The notes under the pieces are model-generated. The model saw nothing but the letters and a program-made list of their open reading frames with translations. It ran no database searches and was not told the origin of the DNA. 64,000 bases of DNA from Candidatus Latescibacterota bacterium (GTDB lineage Bacteria > Latescibacterota > UBA2968 > GCA-2709665), in the NCBI GenBank assembly GCA_963667175.2, contig CAXXXF010000013.1, forward strand, positions 1 through 64,000, read 5' to 3'. Below are positions 1 through 9,412 of this stretch, in pieces. A program made the position numbers and the translations under genes. The stretch's first letter is position 1, and each line of letters opens with the position of its first letter.

Positions 1-229
1 ACTTCTTCGCGTCTTTCAAGATTTCGCAGGCTTCTTCCCCCCGAGTCGCGTGCAACAGCTCAACCTCGGGCAGAAAGTTCCGATTCTCTTCGACGATGAA
101 AGCAGCCGAAATTTCATCGGTTGCCAATTTCTCATCGTTGGGCTTCAACGTCTCGACAAAGTCGTCGTGAATATCTTTCTGATCATCGACGATCAGAACG
201 CGGTTGGTCCTGTTATCAACGGGTTGCAT
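1..229 (-). CDS. Response regulator receiver protein (5' part; runs off the window edge)
   Basis: Manual translation from ATG 229: MQPVDNRTNRVLIVDDQKDIHDDFVETLKP...LLHATRGEEACEIL. Receiver N-terminal motif RVLIVDD; AGAGAGGAA RBS; directly downstream of a histidine kinase. Confidence 0.8.
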   Translation of the reverse strand, partial: MQPVDNRTNRVLIVDDQKDIHDDFVETLKPNDEKLATDEISAAFIVEENRNFLPEVELLHATRGEEACEILKDAKK

Positions 230-289
230 CACGTTCCTCTCTATATACGATAAACGCCTGGAGCGACCGGAATCGCTTTCGTGTCGCGA

Positions 290-3200
290 CTAATCGGAAG
301 TCAACTGCTGCCGTTTTGGAACAATAGAAGAAAGGCGCAGCATAATTCGTATGGTTGTTCCGCGACCGATACCGTCGCTCATCGATTGAATCTGACCTCC
401 GGCGCCAATGACGAAGTTGGCGGCCGAATGGAGCCCGAGACCGCTTCCCGACCGTTTGGTGGTGTAACCGGCAGAGAAGATCTTCCTGGCGTCCGTTTTG
501 TCAATGCCGATGCCGTTATCGCTGACGTCGACGTTGAGATAATTGACGTTAGAGTACGCGTGTACCCGAATATGTGGCGGATCGTCGAGTCCGTCCGTTG
601 CGGCGAGTTCATCAATGGCCTCTATTGCGTTCTTAATCAGATTGACCATCATCTGATGAAACTGACTCTCCTGAATCTGAATCTCTTGCGGCGCGTCTTT
701 GCAATCGACGGTCGTCCGGATACCTCTTCTATCCACCGATTCCTGCAGCACTTTGACTGCGCCCTGAATCGCGTTCCGAAGATCAACCTCTTTTCGAACC
801 ATGGTGAGACCGCCGAGTGATTTTTGCGTGCGAATGATATCGGCGATGTGTTTCGTCCGCTCGTTGACGCGCGAAACCGTACTCAGCAAATTCGCGTTCC
901 GCCGGCTCAGGTCTTCCGCGAGCGCGATAACAAACGGCAACACGCGTTGGCCCTGCGGGTCATTCCGGATGTAATCCGCCCAATCTCCCCGACGCGCTTC
1001 GATTGCGTCGGCCACCGCGGAAAGACGGCGCGAAATCAGATCGTCCTTCAGCCCCTGGAAAACCGTATCCATCCCGATCGTGACGCTGTTGATCGCGTTG
1101 CCGATGTTGTGGAGAATGGTATCGACCACCTCCAGCCGCCCCTGGGCAAACGCCTGTCTCAACGCTTCTTCGTTGGCCGTCTGCTCCGTGACGTCGCGGA
1201 AGATAATCACGCCCCCTCTGATTTCGCCGTTCTCGTTGCGAAGCGGCCGCCCGCTCAATCGGATGTATACCCCCTCCGGCTTTTTTTCATTCCGGATGAA
1301 CATGTCGAAATCGTCAATCGCCTCGCCGCGGAACAGGATGCGCGCGAGCGGCTGTTCTCTGACGGAAATGATCGTATTCCGATCGGGATAGAAAACCCCG
1401 TGTTTTGCCGGCCAGTCCGCGAGCGGACCCGTCACCGAGTCGATGCCGGTAATCTGTACGGCGCTGTGATTGGCGTGGAAGGAACGTTCCGTCAGATCGG
1501 CAATGGCGATGCCGTCGCTGATGCTGTTGAACGCGGTCTCCATCAGTTCCTTCTGTTCCCGCAACTCACCCGCCGTCCGATCCAGTTCCATCTCCGCCTT
1601 CTTGCGCTCGGTGATGTCGCGGAACGCGCAGACGCCGCCGGCCGGACTTTCGTCGTCCGTTGACAACGGCCTCCCGTTCACACTGATATATAACCCCTCC
1701 GGCTTTTTCTCGTTCCGGATGAACAACTCCATATCGTCCGTGTGTCGCCCCATCATGGCGCGCACCAGCGGCAACTCTTCGGTTGGCACGTGCGTCTTCC
1801 CGTCAGGGAAGAAGATGCCGTACTGATCCGTCCATTCGTCGGGCGGCGCCTCCAGCATACCCACGCCGATGATGTCTTCGGCGCTCGGATTGAAAATCGT
1901 GAATTTCCCCGCCGCGTCAGCCACGACCACCCCGTCGCTGATGCTGTTGAAGACGGTTTCCAGAAGCTGGCTCTGATCCTGCAGCTTGCGCATGGTCTGT
2001 TCCAGCTCGATTTCCGCCTTCTTGCGCTCGGTGATGTCGCGGAACGCGATCACGCCGCCTCTGATCCCCCCGATCTCGTTTCGGAGCGGACGTCCGCTTA
2101 CGCGAATGTATACGCCGTCCGGCCGTTTCTCGTTGCGAATGAATACGTCCACGTCGTCTGTGGGTTCGCCCTTGAAGATGGCTCGGATGAGCGGCAGGTC
2201 CTCGGTAGGATAGGGGGTTTTTTCGTCCGGATAAAACGTGCCGTACGTTTCCGCCCATTCATCGGTGGGCGTCTCGGTCGCGCCCATGCCGACGATATCT
2301 TCGGCGCTGGCGTTCACGTAAAGGAATTCGCCTTTTTCATCGGCCACAACGATGCCGTCGCTGATGCTGTTGAAAGACGTCTCGATCATTTCGTTCTGAT
2401 CCTGCAGCCTGCGCATGGTCTGTTCCAGCTCGATTTCCGCCTTCTTGCGCTCGGTGACGTCGCGGAACGCGATCACGCCGCCGCCCGGATTTGCGACGTC
2501 CGCTGACAGGGGCCTCCCGTTCACGCTGATATACACCCCGTCCGGCTTCCTTTCGTTGCGGATGAACAACTCCATCTCGTTCGTGTGTTGCCCCATGATG
2601 GCGCGCACCAGCGGCAGCTGTTCGGTTGGCACGTGCGTCTTCCCGTCAGGGAAGAAGATGCCGTACCGGTCCGTCCATTGTTCGGGCGGCGCTTCCAGCA
2701 TACCGATACCCACGATTGCTTCGGCGCTCGGATTGAAAATGGTGAATCTCCCCTCCTCGTCGGCCACAACCACCCCGTCGCTGATGCTGTTGAAGACGGT
2801 TTCCAGAAGCTGGCTCTGATCGTGAAGTTGACGCACGGTCTGTTCCAGCACGATCTCCGCCTTCTTGCGCTCGGTGACGTCGCGCACCATCCCGACCGCC
2901 GCGGTTACCTCTCGATTGTCGCTGTCCGTAATGAAGCTTGCGCTGTACGTGACGTACGCTCCTTCGGGCCTTTGATCATTGCGAATGAACAATTCCACGT
3001 CATCCACGTCTTCGCCGCGAAGCGCGCGCACGAGCGGAAGCCGTTCATATGGCGCAGGCGTTTTTTCATCCGGGAGAAAGATTCCATAGGATACAGGCCA
3101 ATCGGCGGGTTTCACCTTTGTGTCCCCGATGCCGAAAATCTCTTCCGCGCTTGAATTGTAGAACAACAGGCTGCCCGTTGTATCCGAGACGACAAGGCCT

Positions 3201-5506
3201 TCGCTCATATTGTCGAAAACGGTTTCCAGAAGCTGAGTCTGTTGCCTGAGTTCGTTTACCGTCCGTTTCAATCGGGCGTCGGACTTTTTGACGTGCGTGA
3301 CGTCTCGAAAAACGACCACGCCGGCGCGAATCTCGGGATCGCCGGGCACCCGGACGGGCCGCCCGGTGGCGCTGACCCAGACGCCTTTCGGTCTTTCGTC
3401 GTTGCGAACAAACACCTCCATGTCGTCGGTGCTCTCGCCGCGGATGGCGCGCACGAGCGGAAGATCGTCGGTTGGAATGAACGTGTTATCGGTGTCGGAA
3501 TAGAAAGCGCCGTACGTCTCGGACCATTCGGACGGCTCCGATTCGAGCATCCCCTTGCCGAGAATCTGCTCCATCCTCGAATTGGCAAGGAGCAGGCGGC
3601 CGGTCGTATCGGCAACCACCACCCCTTCTTCCATGCTTTCGAAGACCGCCTCCATCAGCTGGGTCTGGTCGCGCAATTCGTCGGTTGTGCTCGCCAATCT
3701 CGCGTCTGCTTCTCTTTCCTCCGTGAGGTCGCGGATAATGGCCAGTCCCGCCACGACCTTAATCCCGTCGCCGGCGTATATGGGAAGGCCGCGAGCGGAA
3801 ATGTGCGTCCCTTCCGTGTTTTTCTGATTTCGAATATAGTACTCGATCTCCTCGGTAGTCTCGCCGTGGAGCGCGCGCGTAAGCGGAAGTTGCTCGACGG
3901 GGACGGGCGTTTTGACGTCGGGATAGAAGACGCCGAACTTTCTGGACCATTCGCCCGGTTCCGGATCCACGATCCACGTGCCGAAGATTCTCTCCACGGT
4001 CTTGTTGGCGAATACGATCTCGCCCGCCTGATTGGCGACAATGATGCCGTCGTTCAGACTGTCGCACATCGCTTCCAGGAGCTGGAGTTGCTTGCGCAGG
4101 TCCTCGATGATCACGACCGATTTTCCTTCCATCCGCTTTGCGTCATCGGCGGAGGGCAAATCGGAAACATCGGCCGTGAACTGATTCTCGTCGTTGCGGG
4201 AAACGGATTCCGACAGCGGGCGCTGATCCCGTGGTTCGACCGTAAGCTGCGCCAGTCTGTCTTTCGTCTCTCTGAGTTCGGTGACGTCGCGAAGTACGGC
4301 CATGCCGGCTTTCACCTTCGAGCCGCCGCCATCCATGATGGGGATCCCCCGCACGCCGACGTGAGTGCCTTGCGGATTTTTTTCGTTGCGCATGAACAGG
4401 TTCATCTCTTCCGTCTCTTCACCCTTGACCGCGCGCACGAGTGGAAGGTCGTCCGTTCGCACGAGCGTTGTCTTGTCTGAATAGAAAATGCCGTAGGTTT
4501 CGGATCGCTCATTGACGGAAATATCCGGGACGTCTTCCCCTGAGACGTTGCCTACGATCCGCTTCGCGGCGGAATTCATGTACAGGACGCGGTTTGTCGC
4601 GTCGGACAGGACAACGCCATTGTCTATGTTCTCAAAGACGGCTTCCATAATTCGGGCCTGATCGCGCCGTTCGCCGACTTCCTGCTCCAATTCGGCTTCC
4701 GCCTCTTTGTCTCGGGTGACGTCTCGAAACACGATCACGCCGCAGTTCGCCCCGCTCTCGTCGCGCGGCAGCGGTCTGCCGTTGACGCTGAGAAGCGCGC
4801 CTGCGGGAGAGGCGGAACTGCGTACGAAAATCTCCACGTTGTCGGTGGGTTCGCCGCGGATGGCGCGGGCGAGCGGGAGGTCTTCGCTGGGAAACACCGT
4901 GGCGCGATCCGGACAATAGAGGCCGTATGCTTCGGACCGCTCCTTCAGATCGACGCCGGGGATTTCGTCTCCCACGATGCGTTTCGCGCTTGAATTGAAC
5001 GTCAGGTAGTTTCCGTCTTCGTCGGCGGCGATCACGCCGTCGCCGATGCCGTCCAGAATGGTCTCCAGGCGTTGCGCCTGACGTTGCAGATCGCCGATTT
5101 TCCGGTTCAAGTCGTATTCGGTCTCCCTGCGCCTTCCGTTCAGGGAGAGAGCGGTCTTGACGTTCAGGTGAAGTTGGCGCGCGTCTATGGATTTAATCAC
5201 GTAGCCGGACGGTCCCGTCGCCTCTGCCCGCTGGAGCAGATCCTCGTCGGCGTCGTCCGTCAGAAAGACCACGGGCACCTCAAACTTGCCGCCGATCCGT
5301 TCGGCCGCGTCAATGGCGTCGACTTCCCCCTCGAGTTCGAGATCGATCAGCGCCAGATCGGGAGACAGGACAGCGGCTCTTTCAACCGCCTGAGCGCCGG
5401 AAGTTACGGTGGCGCAGACCTTATAGCCACGATCCGTCAGGTGTTCTTCGAGTTGTTCAGCGGCGGACCGATCCTCCTGGACAATGAGTATCTTTGCGTT
5501 TGTCAT
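290..5506 (-). CDS. Hybrid sensor histidine kinase: N-terminal receiver, nine PAS domains, His-phosphotransfer and HATPase_c domains
   Basis: REC motifs KILIVQED...DLALIDLEL...GYVIK. Nine repeats of the (L/M)ExxFxxIxDG(V/I)VVAD...LPL.RA..GE...(F/I)RD(V/I)T pattern. H-box ILHNIGNAINS; N/G boxes NLIKNA, DNGIG, GSGLGL. Start ATG 5506 (ORF track gives TTG 5527). Confidence 0.93.
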   Translation of the reverse strand: MTNAKILIVQEDRSAAEQLEEHLTDRGYKVCATVTSGAQAVERAAVLSPDLALIDLELEGEVDAIDAAERIGGKFEVPVVFLTDDADEDLLQRAEATGPSGYVIKSIDARQLHLNVKTALSLNGRRRETEYDLNRKIGDLQRQAQRLETILDGIGDGVIAADEDGNYLTFNSSAKRIVGDEIPGVDLKERSEAYGLYCPDRATVFPSEDLPLARAIRGEPTDNVEIFVRSSASPAGALLSVNGRPLPRDESGANCGVIVFRDVTRDKEAEAELEQEVGERRDQARIMEAVFENIDNGVVLSDATNRVLYMNSAAKRIVGNVSGEDVPDISVNERSETYGIFYSDKTTLVRTDDLPLVRAVKGEETEEMNLFMRNEKNPQGTHVGVRGIPIMDGGGSKVKAGMAVLRDVTELRETKDRLAQLTVEPRDQRPLSESVSRNDENQFTADVSDLPSADDAKRMEGKSVVIIEDLRKQLQLLEAMCDSLNDGIIVANQAGEIVFANKTVERIFGTWIVDPEPGEWSRKFGVFYPDVKTPVPVEQLPLTRALHGETTEEIEYYIRNQKNTEGTHISARGLPIYAGDGIKVVAGLAIIRDLTEEREADARLASTTDELRDQTQLMEAVFESMEEGVVVADTTGRLLLANSRMEQILGKGMLESEPSEWSETYGAFYSDTDNTFIPTDDLPLVRAIRGESTDDMEVFVRNDERPKGVWVSATGRPVRVPGDPEIRAGVVVFRDVTHVKKSDARLKRTVNELRQQTQLLETVFDNMSEGLVVSDTTGSLLFYNSSAEEIFGIGDTKVKPADWPVSYGIFLPDEKTPAPYERLPLVRALRGEDVDDVELFIRNDQRPEGAYVTYSASFITDSDNREVTAAVGMVRDVTERKKAEIVLEQTVRQLHDQSQLLETVFNSISDGVVVADEEGRFTIFNPSAEAIVGIGMLEAPPEQWTDRYGIFFPDGKTHVPTEQLPLVRAIMGQHTNEMELFIRNERKPDGVYISVNGRPLSADVANPGGGVIAFRDVTERKKAEIELEQTMRRLQDQNEMIETSFNSISDGIVVADEKGEFLYVNASAEDIVGMGATETPTDEWAETYGTFYPDEKTPYPTEDLPLIRAIFKGEPTDDVDVFIRNEKRPDGVYIRVSGRPLRNEIGGIRGGVIAFRDITERKKAEIELEQTMRKLQDQSQLLETVFNSISDGVVVADAAGKFTIFNPSAEDIIGVGMLEAPPDEWTDQYGIFFPDGKTHVPTEELPLVRAMMGRHTDDMELFIRNEKKPEGLYISVNGRPLSTDDESPAGGVCAFRDITERKKAEMELDRTAGELREQKELMETAFNSISDGIAIADLTERSFHANHSAVQITGIDSVTGPLADWPAKHGVFYPDRNTIISVREQPLARILFRGEAIDDFDMFIRNEKKPEGVYIRLSGRPLRNENGEIRGGVIIFRDVTEQTANEEALRQAFAQGRLEVVDTILHNIGNAINSVTIGMDTVFQGLKDDLISRRLSAVADAIEARRGDWADYIRNDPQGQRVLPFVIALAEDLSRRNANLLSTVSRVNERTKHIADIIRTQKSLGGLTMVRKEVDLRNAIQGAVKVLQESVDRRGIRTTVDCKDAPQEIQIQESQFHQMMVNLIKNAIEAIDELAATDGLDDPPHIRVHAYSNVNYLNVDVSDNGIGIDKTDARKIFSAGYTTKRSGSGLGLHSAANFVIGAGGQIQSMSDGIGRGTTIRIMLRLSSIVPKRQQLTSD

Positions 5507-5934
5507 GATGTTGTCCTGCCCTTCCAACGATGATTGCCGATTTACGTATTGATGGCCGACTTCGCCGACGCGTTTCCGGTTGTCCGGTTGGATTTCCTGA
5601 AACTACCGACGTAGATCGAGGGTGAAGTCCGCGACGCGCCCGCTCGCGTTGCAGGGTTCATTCGTCAGGACTCTCTGGAATATTTGCCTGTTGGATTGTC
5701 TTGCCAGTCGAAGTATATTGGACACCGCGGAGATATGCAACGTAATTTGCGGATCAGCCAGAGAACGGGGACAACGACGAGGCAAGCTGAAAAGACAATA
5801 TAACCAATGGCCTGTGATTAATTTGCGACTTTTCGGGCTGATTCGGTGATATTCTGGTGACTTTCAGGGTTTCCGACTCTTTTCCCGGCCTGAAGTACCG
5901 CATTTACCGGCGCGCACGCGGCCGGATTCGGGAG

Positions 5935-6400
5935 ATGGCGATGGATCGGGTGAAGGAACTCGAACGAGATCAGCAGACCGAACGCGAGCGTCTTACCCGG
6001 CTGAGCGAAGCGACCATCCGACGGGCCGACGGACGGGAGTCGTCCCTCGTGGAGTTGGCTTCGGCTGAGGCGCTGAACAAGGGCGAGACGATACGAGCCG
6101 AGGAGGTTGCCTTCGAGGCGCCCGGCGCCAGATGACCGTTGCCGGCCGGTCCCGCTTACCAGAATCGAGTATCGACTGCTCGCGGAGCTTTCATTCAACG
6201 CCGGCATGATCGTAACGTACGACGAATTGCTGCAACGGGTCTGGGGAAGGAGGCACGCGGACGACACGCGAACGCTGCGAACCGCGGTGAAGAAAGTACG
6301 CCGCAAGCCGGGAGATGAGGCGAACCAGCCCGTCTACGTATTCAACGCGCCTCGCATCGGCTGTCACATGGGAATGGCCGAGTACGCGGGACCCTGGTCA
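5935..6400 (+). pseudogene. Internally deleted remnant of a sensor/OmpR-type regulator gene
   Basis: ORF 5857-6135 reads like a sensor fragment (RERLTRLSEA...RRADGRE.SL.E...GETIRAEE). ORF 6107-6511, in another frame, carries a Trans_reg_C winged helix (LTRIEYRLLAEL...TYDELLQRVWG...VRRKPGDEANQPVYVFNAPRIG) with no receiver domain. Confidence 0.65.
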
Positions 6401-6456
6401 GCGTTCATCGGCGTCAATGCGAAGCGTGTCTCTGTAAGGCGCCAACCGCCCGGCTC

Positions 6457-7521
6457 TCAGTTCGCGTACACGAACTCTTCGAAGTCGTCTTTTTCGATCG
6501 GATGCAGGTAGAGGCGCATCTTTCGGTCTCTCGTGGTTGCGAACATCACCTGGCAGGAGATCAGATCGCTCACGTTCAGCCCGCGCATCTGAAGGATGCG
6601 CCCGGGCGCGTGCACGTCGAATGAGAAGTCGACCAGTTCCTGAAGGGTCTTCATCCGCGCGAACACGTTCCGATAGTGCGCGAAGTACATGACCCGCGCC
6701 TGGGAGTTGTAATAGTAGGGCCCGTCCCAGAACTCTGGATCGGCCGCGCGCGACGGATTCTGGAGCCTGGGATGCTGCCAGTGGTTGACCTCCAGGAGCA
6801 TGCCGTCCTGCGCCTCGGAAATGGCGACGTTCTCCGATTCGAGTTCCAGGCCGAGGATGTTTCCGTCCGCGTCGACCGTGACCAGATTCATGCCTTTCTG
6901 GCCCGAAATGCGATATTGTTCGACGAAATGGCGGACGTCCGCGCAGTCGCCGCAGTGCTGCGCGATCAGGTGGACGACGAAGTAGAGGTTGAGGTATTCC
7001 GGATTGGAGACGAGGTTGTATTTGCGGTGTCCGGAGTTGGCCCCCACGGCCAGCCCGGCGTCGTTCACGGCCATTCCCAGGGTGACCTGCCGCCGGGCGC
7101 CGAACCCCATCATCCCGTGCGGTTTCGCGTCGGGGAAAAACGAGACAACGGAATTCGATACGGTGCCGGGGACCGTGTCCGTGCCCCCGTCGTTGGTGGA
7201 CAGCATAGCCGGACCGTCTTCCTGAAGCACGATTCCCAGGGTCGAACAGGCGTCCCCCATCGGTCCCGACCAGAGCACGTGGCCATAATACGCGTGCTCG
7301 AAGGACGCCATTCCGGCGGCCTCGCCGAACGCGGCGATCTGTTCGATCATATCGGGGAACTCCCGGCGCATGAAAGCCAGATTTTCCCGAAAGTAGGCAT
7401 TCCGGAAGTCGTGCGGGCGGGCCTGCCAGAACGCCAGATAGTCCCGCGCGGCCTCCGGGTTCATGGCGCCCTGGGCCCTGCCGATTTCGGCGGGACTTCC
7501 GCGAAACGTTCGCGTTTCCAT
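6457..7521 (-). CDS. C45-family (AAT-like) N-terminal-nucleophile hydrolase/acyltransferase, paralogue 1
   Basis: Starts METRTFRGSPAEIGRAQG after a GAGGAG RBS; autocleavage Cys in ACST; VNDAGL and VNH motifs; paralogous to 12449-13516. Confidence 0.7.
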   Translation of the reverse strand: METRTFRGSPAEIGRAQGAMNPEAARDYLAFWQARPHDFRNAYFRENLAFMRREFPDMIEQIAAFGEAAGMASFEHAYYGHVLWSGPMGDACSTLGIVLQEDGPAMLSTNDGGTDTVPGTVSNSVVSFFPDAKPHGMMGFGARRQVTLGMAVNDAGLAVGANSGHRKYNLVSNPEYLNLYFVVHLIAQHCGDCADVRHFVEQYRISGQKGMNLVTVDADGNILGLELESENVAISEAQDGMLLEVNHWQHPRLQNPSRAADPEFWDGPYYYNSQARVMYFAHYRNVFARMKTLQELVDFSFDVHAPGRILQMRGLNVSDLISCQVMFATTRDRKMRLYLHPIEKDDFEEFVYAN

Positions 7522-7547
7522 CGGTGACTCCTCCTCAGTGATTGTCG

Positions 7548-9377
7548 TCACGCCGTCCAGACGGGCAGTTCGACGTACGAGGCGCGTGCGGCCTCGTGAT
7601 AGACGGTATTCCGGGCCGTTCGCCAGTCTCTGTCGTCCGGATCGCCGGTATTCCGGTTGATATCGTAATTCGGGAAGTTGCTGCTGCAGATATCCAGGCG
7701 GATCCGGTGGCCCGCCTGGAAGAGGTTCGCGGACGGCTGCATGTCGATTTCGACGCGATAGACGACGTCGGGTTCCATCGGACGCGGCTGTTCGAAGCTG
7801 TCTCTGTACCGCGCGCGCAGGATGCCCTCGGAAACGGGTAGCGCGTATCCGTTCGGAGAATCGAGACTTGAGGGATACACGTCGAGCAGCTTTAGAAAGA
7901 AGTCCGTATCGGGTGCGTCGGAGGATATCCAGAGAACCCCCCTGACGTTCCCGGCAATCGAGAGGTCCGCGCTCAATGGCCCGGTCTGAAAAACCAGAAC
8001 GTCCGGCCGCGAGGCGATGGGCATCCCCGGGATCCCATGGCCGGGTAGCGTCTCGATCTCGATCTGATCGCGGGGCCCCATCCCCTTGAACCACCCCTCC
8101 TTCATCGGACCGTAGGGGACGATACAGCGGCCGTTGCTGGACACGGTATTGCGCGGGTCATAGGTGTAGGTCGTCGACGCGTCTTCCCCGGCGGGCGCTT
8201 CGAGCGACAGCATGCCGTTCTCGTGGATATAGTACGGTGTTGCGCGTGAGCCGTCCGGCGGCCAGCCGTCCACACTGAACCACTTCCCGCCGTGCTGCAG
8301 AAGGCCGTCCCTGTCCCGGCTGCCGTCCCCGCCGCCCATCCGGAACATCCGCACCGCGCTGCCCACGTCCGCCCTCGCGTCCCCCTTCAGCCACCGGTTG
8401 AACCACCGCAGGTAGAGCTGAAGGAAGTTCTCGTGGAAGGGGAGACCTCCTTCCGGCCCGAAGTGCACGTCGCCGCATGACGGTTCGCAGTTGCCATGCG
8501 TCCATGGACCCACCAGCAGGTGCTGGTTCCGGCGTCCGATACTCAGCATCTTCCGGAAGCCGTCGATAATCGTCCTCGGGTACCAATCGAACCAGCCCAC
8601 CATCCAGAGCATGGGCATGTCCGGGAACGCATCGAAATACTCGTCCATGGCAAGCCCGGGCTGCCGCCAGAACTCAGTATAGTCGTTGTTCTCGAAATAC
8701 AGCCGGAAGACCGCGTCTTCGTATTGCGGGACCACCGCCAGCGGGGTCTGACCGCGCCGCCAGGGGATACGTGACGCCCACTCCAGGAATTGCGGCCCGT
8801 CCCCCGACATGGGCCTTATCGCCTCCGCGATCGCCGGGTTCGCCCGCGCCTCCTGGCTGGTGGTCGACATCCGGACCGCCCAGTTCAGAAGCCCCAGGTG
8901 CAGGGCGCCGCCCTCGCGCATGCTGTAATGATACGCGTTGATGGGGCCTTCAAAGGGGATCATCGTGGCCAGGGACGGGGGATTCTGCGTGGCCGCGTGG
9001 AACTGCACCCAGGCATCGTAGGAACACCCGTACATGCCCACCTTCCCGTCGCACGACGGATGATCGGCGATCCACTCGATGGTGTCGTACCCGTCCTCGG
9101 GGTCATCCACGAACGGAAAGAACGCGCCCTCGGAACCGTAGCGCCCACGGCAGTCCTGGACCGCGGCCATATAGCCGCGGCGCGCGAAGAAACTCGCCGC
9201 GTCGGCGCCGCCGGTCTTGTTGTACGGCGTCCTGCTGAGTACGGCCGGGAAGGTCTCGCCGCGCTGACGCGCGACCGTTCCGGGGAAGTACAGATCGGTC
9301 GCCAGGCGCACGCCGTCCCGCATGGGGACCATCACGTCTCTGGCCACAATCACGTCGCGCGTCTGTTCGTCATTCAC
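7548..9377 (-). CDS. CocE/NonD family (peptidase S15) serine hydrolase
   Basis: MVPMRDGVRLATD, RTPYNK, QDCRGRYGSEG, nucleophile motif GCSYD, GWFD, GPWTH, C-terminal GHRIRLDICSSNFP. GTG start after GGAGA. Confidence 0.92.
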   Translation of the reverse strand: MNDEQTRDVIVARDVMVPMRDGVRLATDLYFPGTVARQRGETFPAVLSRTPYNKTGGADAASFFARRGYMAAVQDCRGRYGSEGAFFPFVDDPEDGYDTIEWIADHPSCDGKVGMYGCSYDAWVQFHAATQNPPSLATMIPFEGPINAYHYSMREGGALHLGLLNWAVRMSTTSQEARANPAIAEAIRPMSGDGPQFLEWASRIPWRRGQTPLAVVPQYEDAVFRLYFENNDYTEFWRQPGLAMDEYFDAFPDMPMLWMVGWFDWYPRTIIDGFRKMLSIGRRNQHLLVGPWTHGNCEPSCGDVHFGPEGGLPFHENFLQLYLRWFNRWLKGDARADVGSAVRMFRMGGGDGSRDRDGLLQHGGKWFSVDGWPPDGSRATPYYIHENGMLSLEAPAGEDASTTYTYDPRNTVSSNGRCIVPYGPMKEGWFKGMGPRDQIEIETLPGHGIPGMPIASRPDVLVFQTGPLSADLSIAGNVRGVLWISSDAPDTDFFLKLLDVYPSSLDSPNGYALPVSEGILRARYRDSFEQPRPMEPDVVYRVEIDMQPSANLFQAGHRIRLDICSSNFPNYDINRNTGDPDDRDWRTARNTVYHEAARASYVELPVWTA

Positions 9378-9412
9378 GTGAGTTCTCCAATCGGCGTGGA
9401 TCGCGTTGTCCC

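Noticed and set aside
7522-8094. N-terminal extension of the 545-aa ORF
   Set aside because: Overlaps the CocE gene; the paralogue and RBS place the start at 7521.
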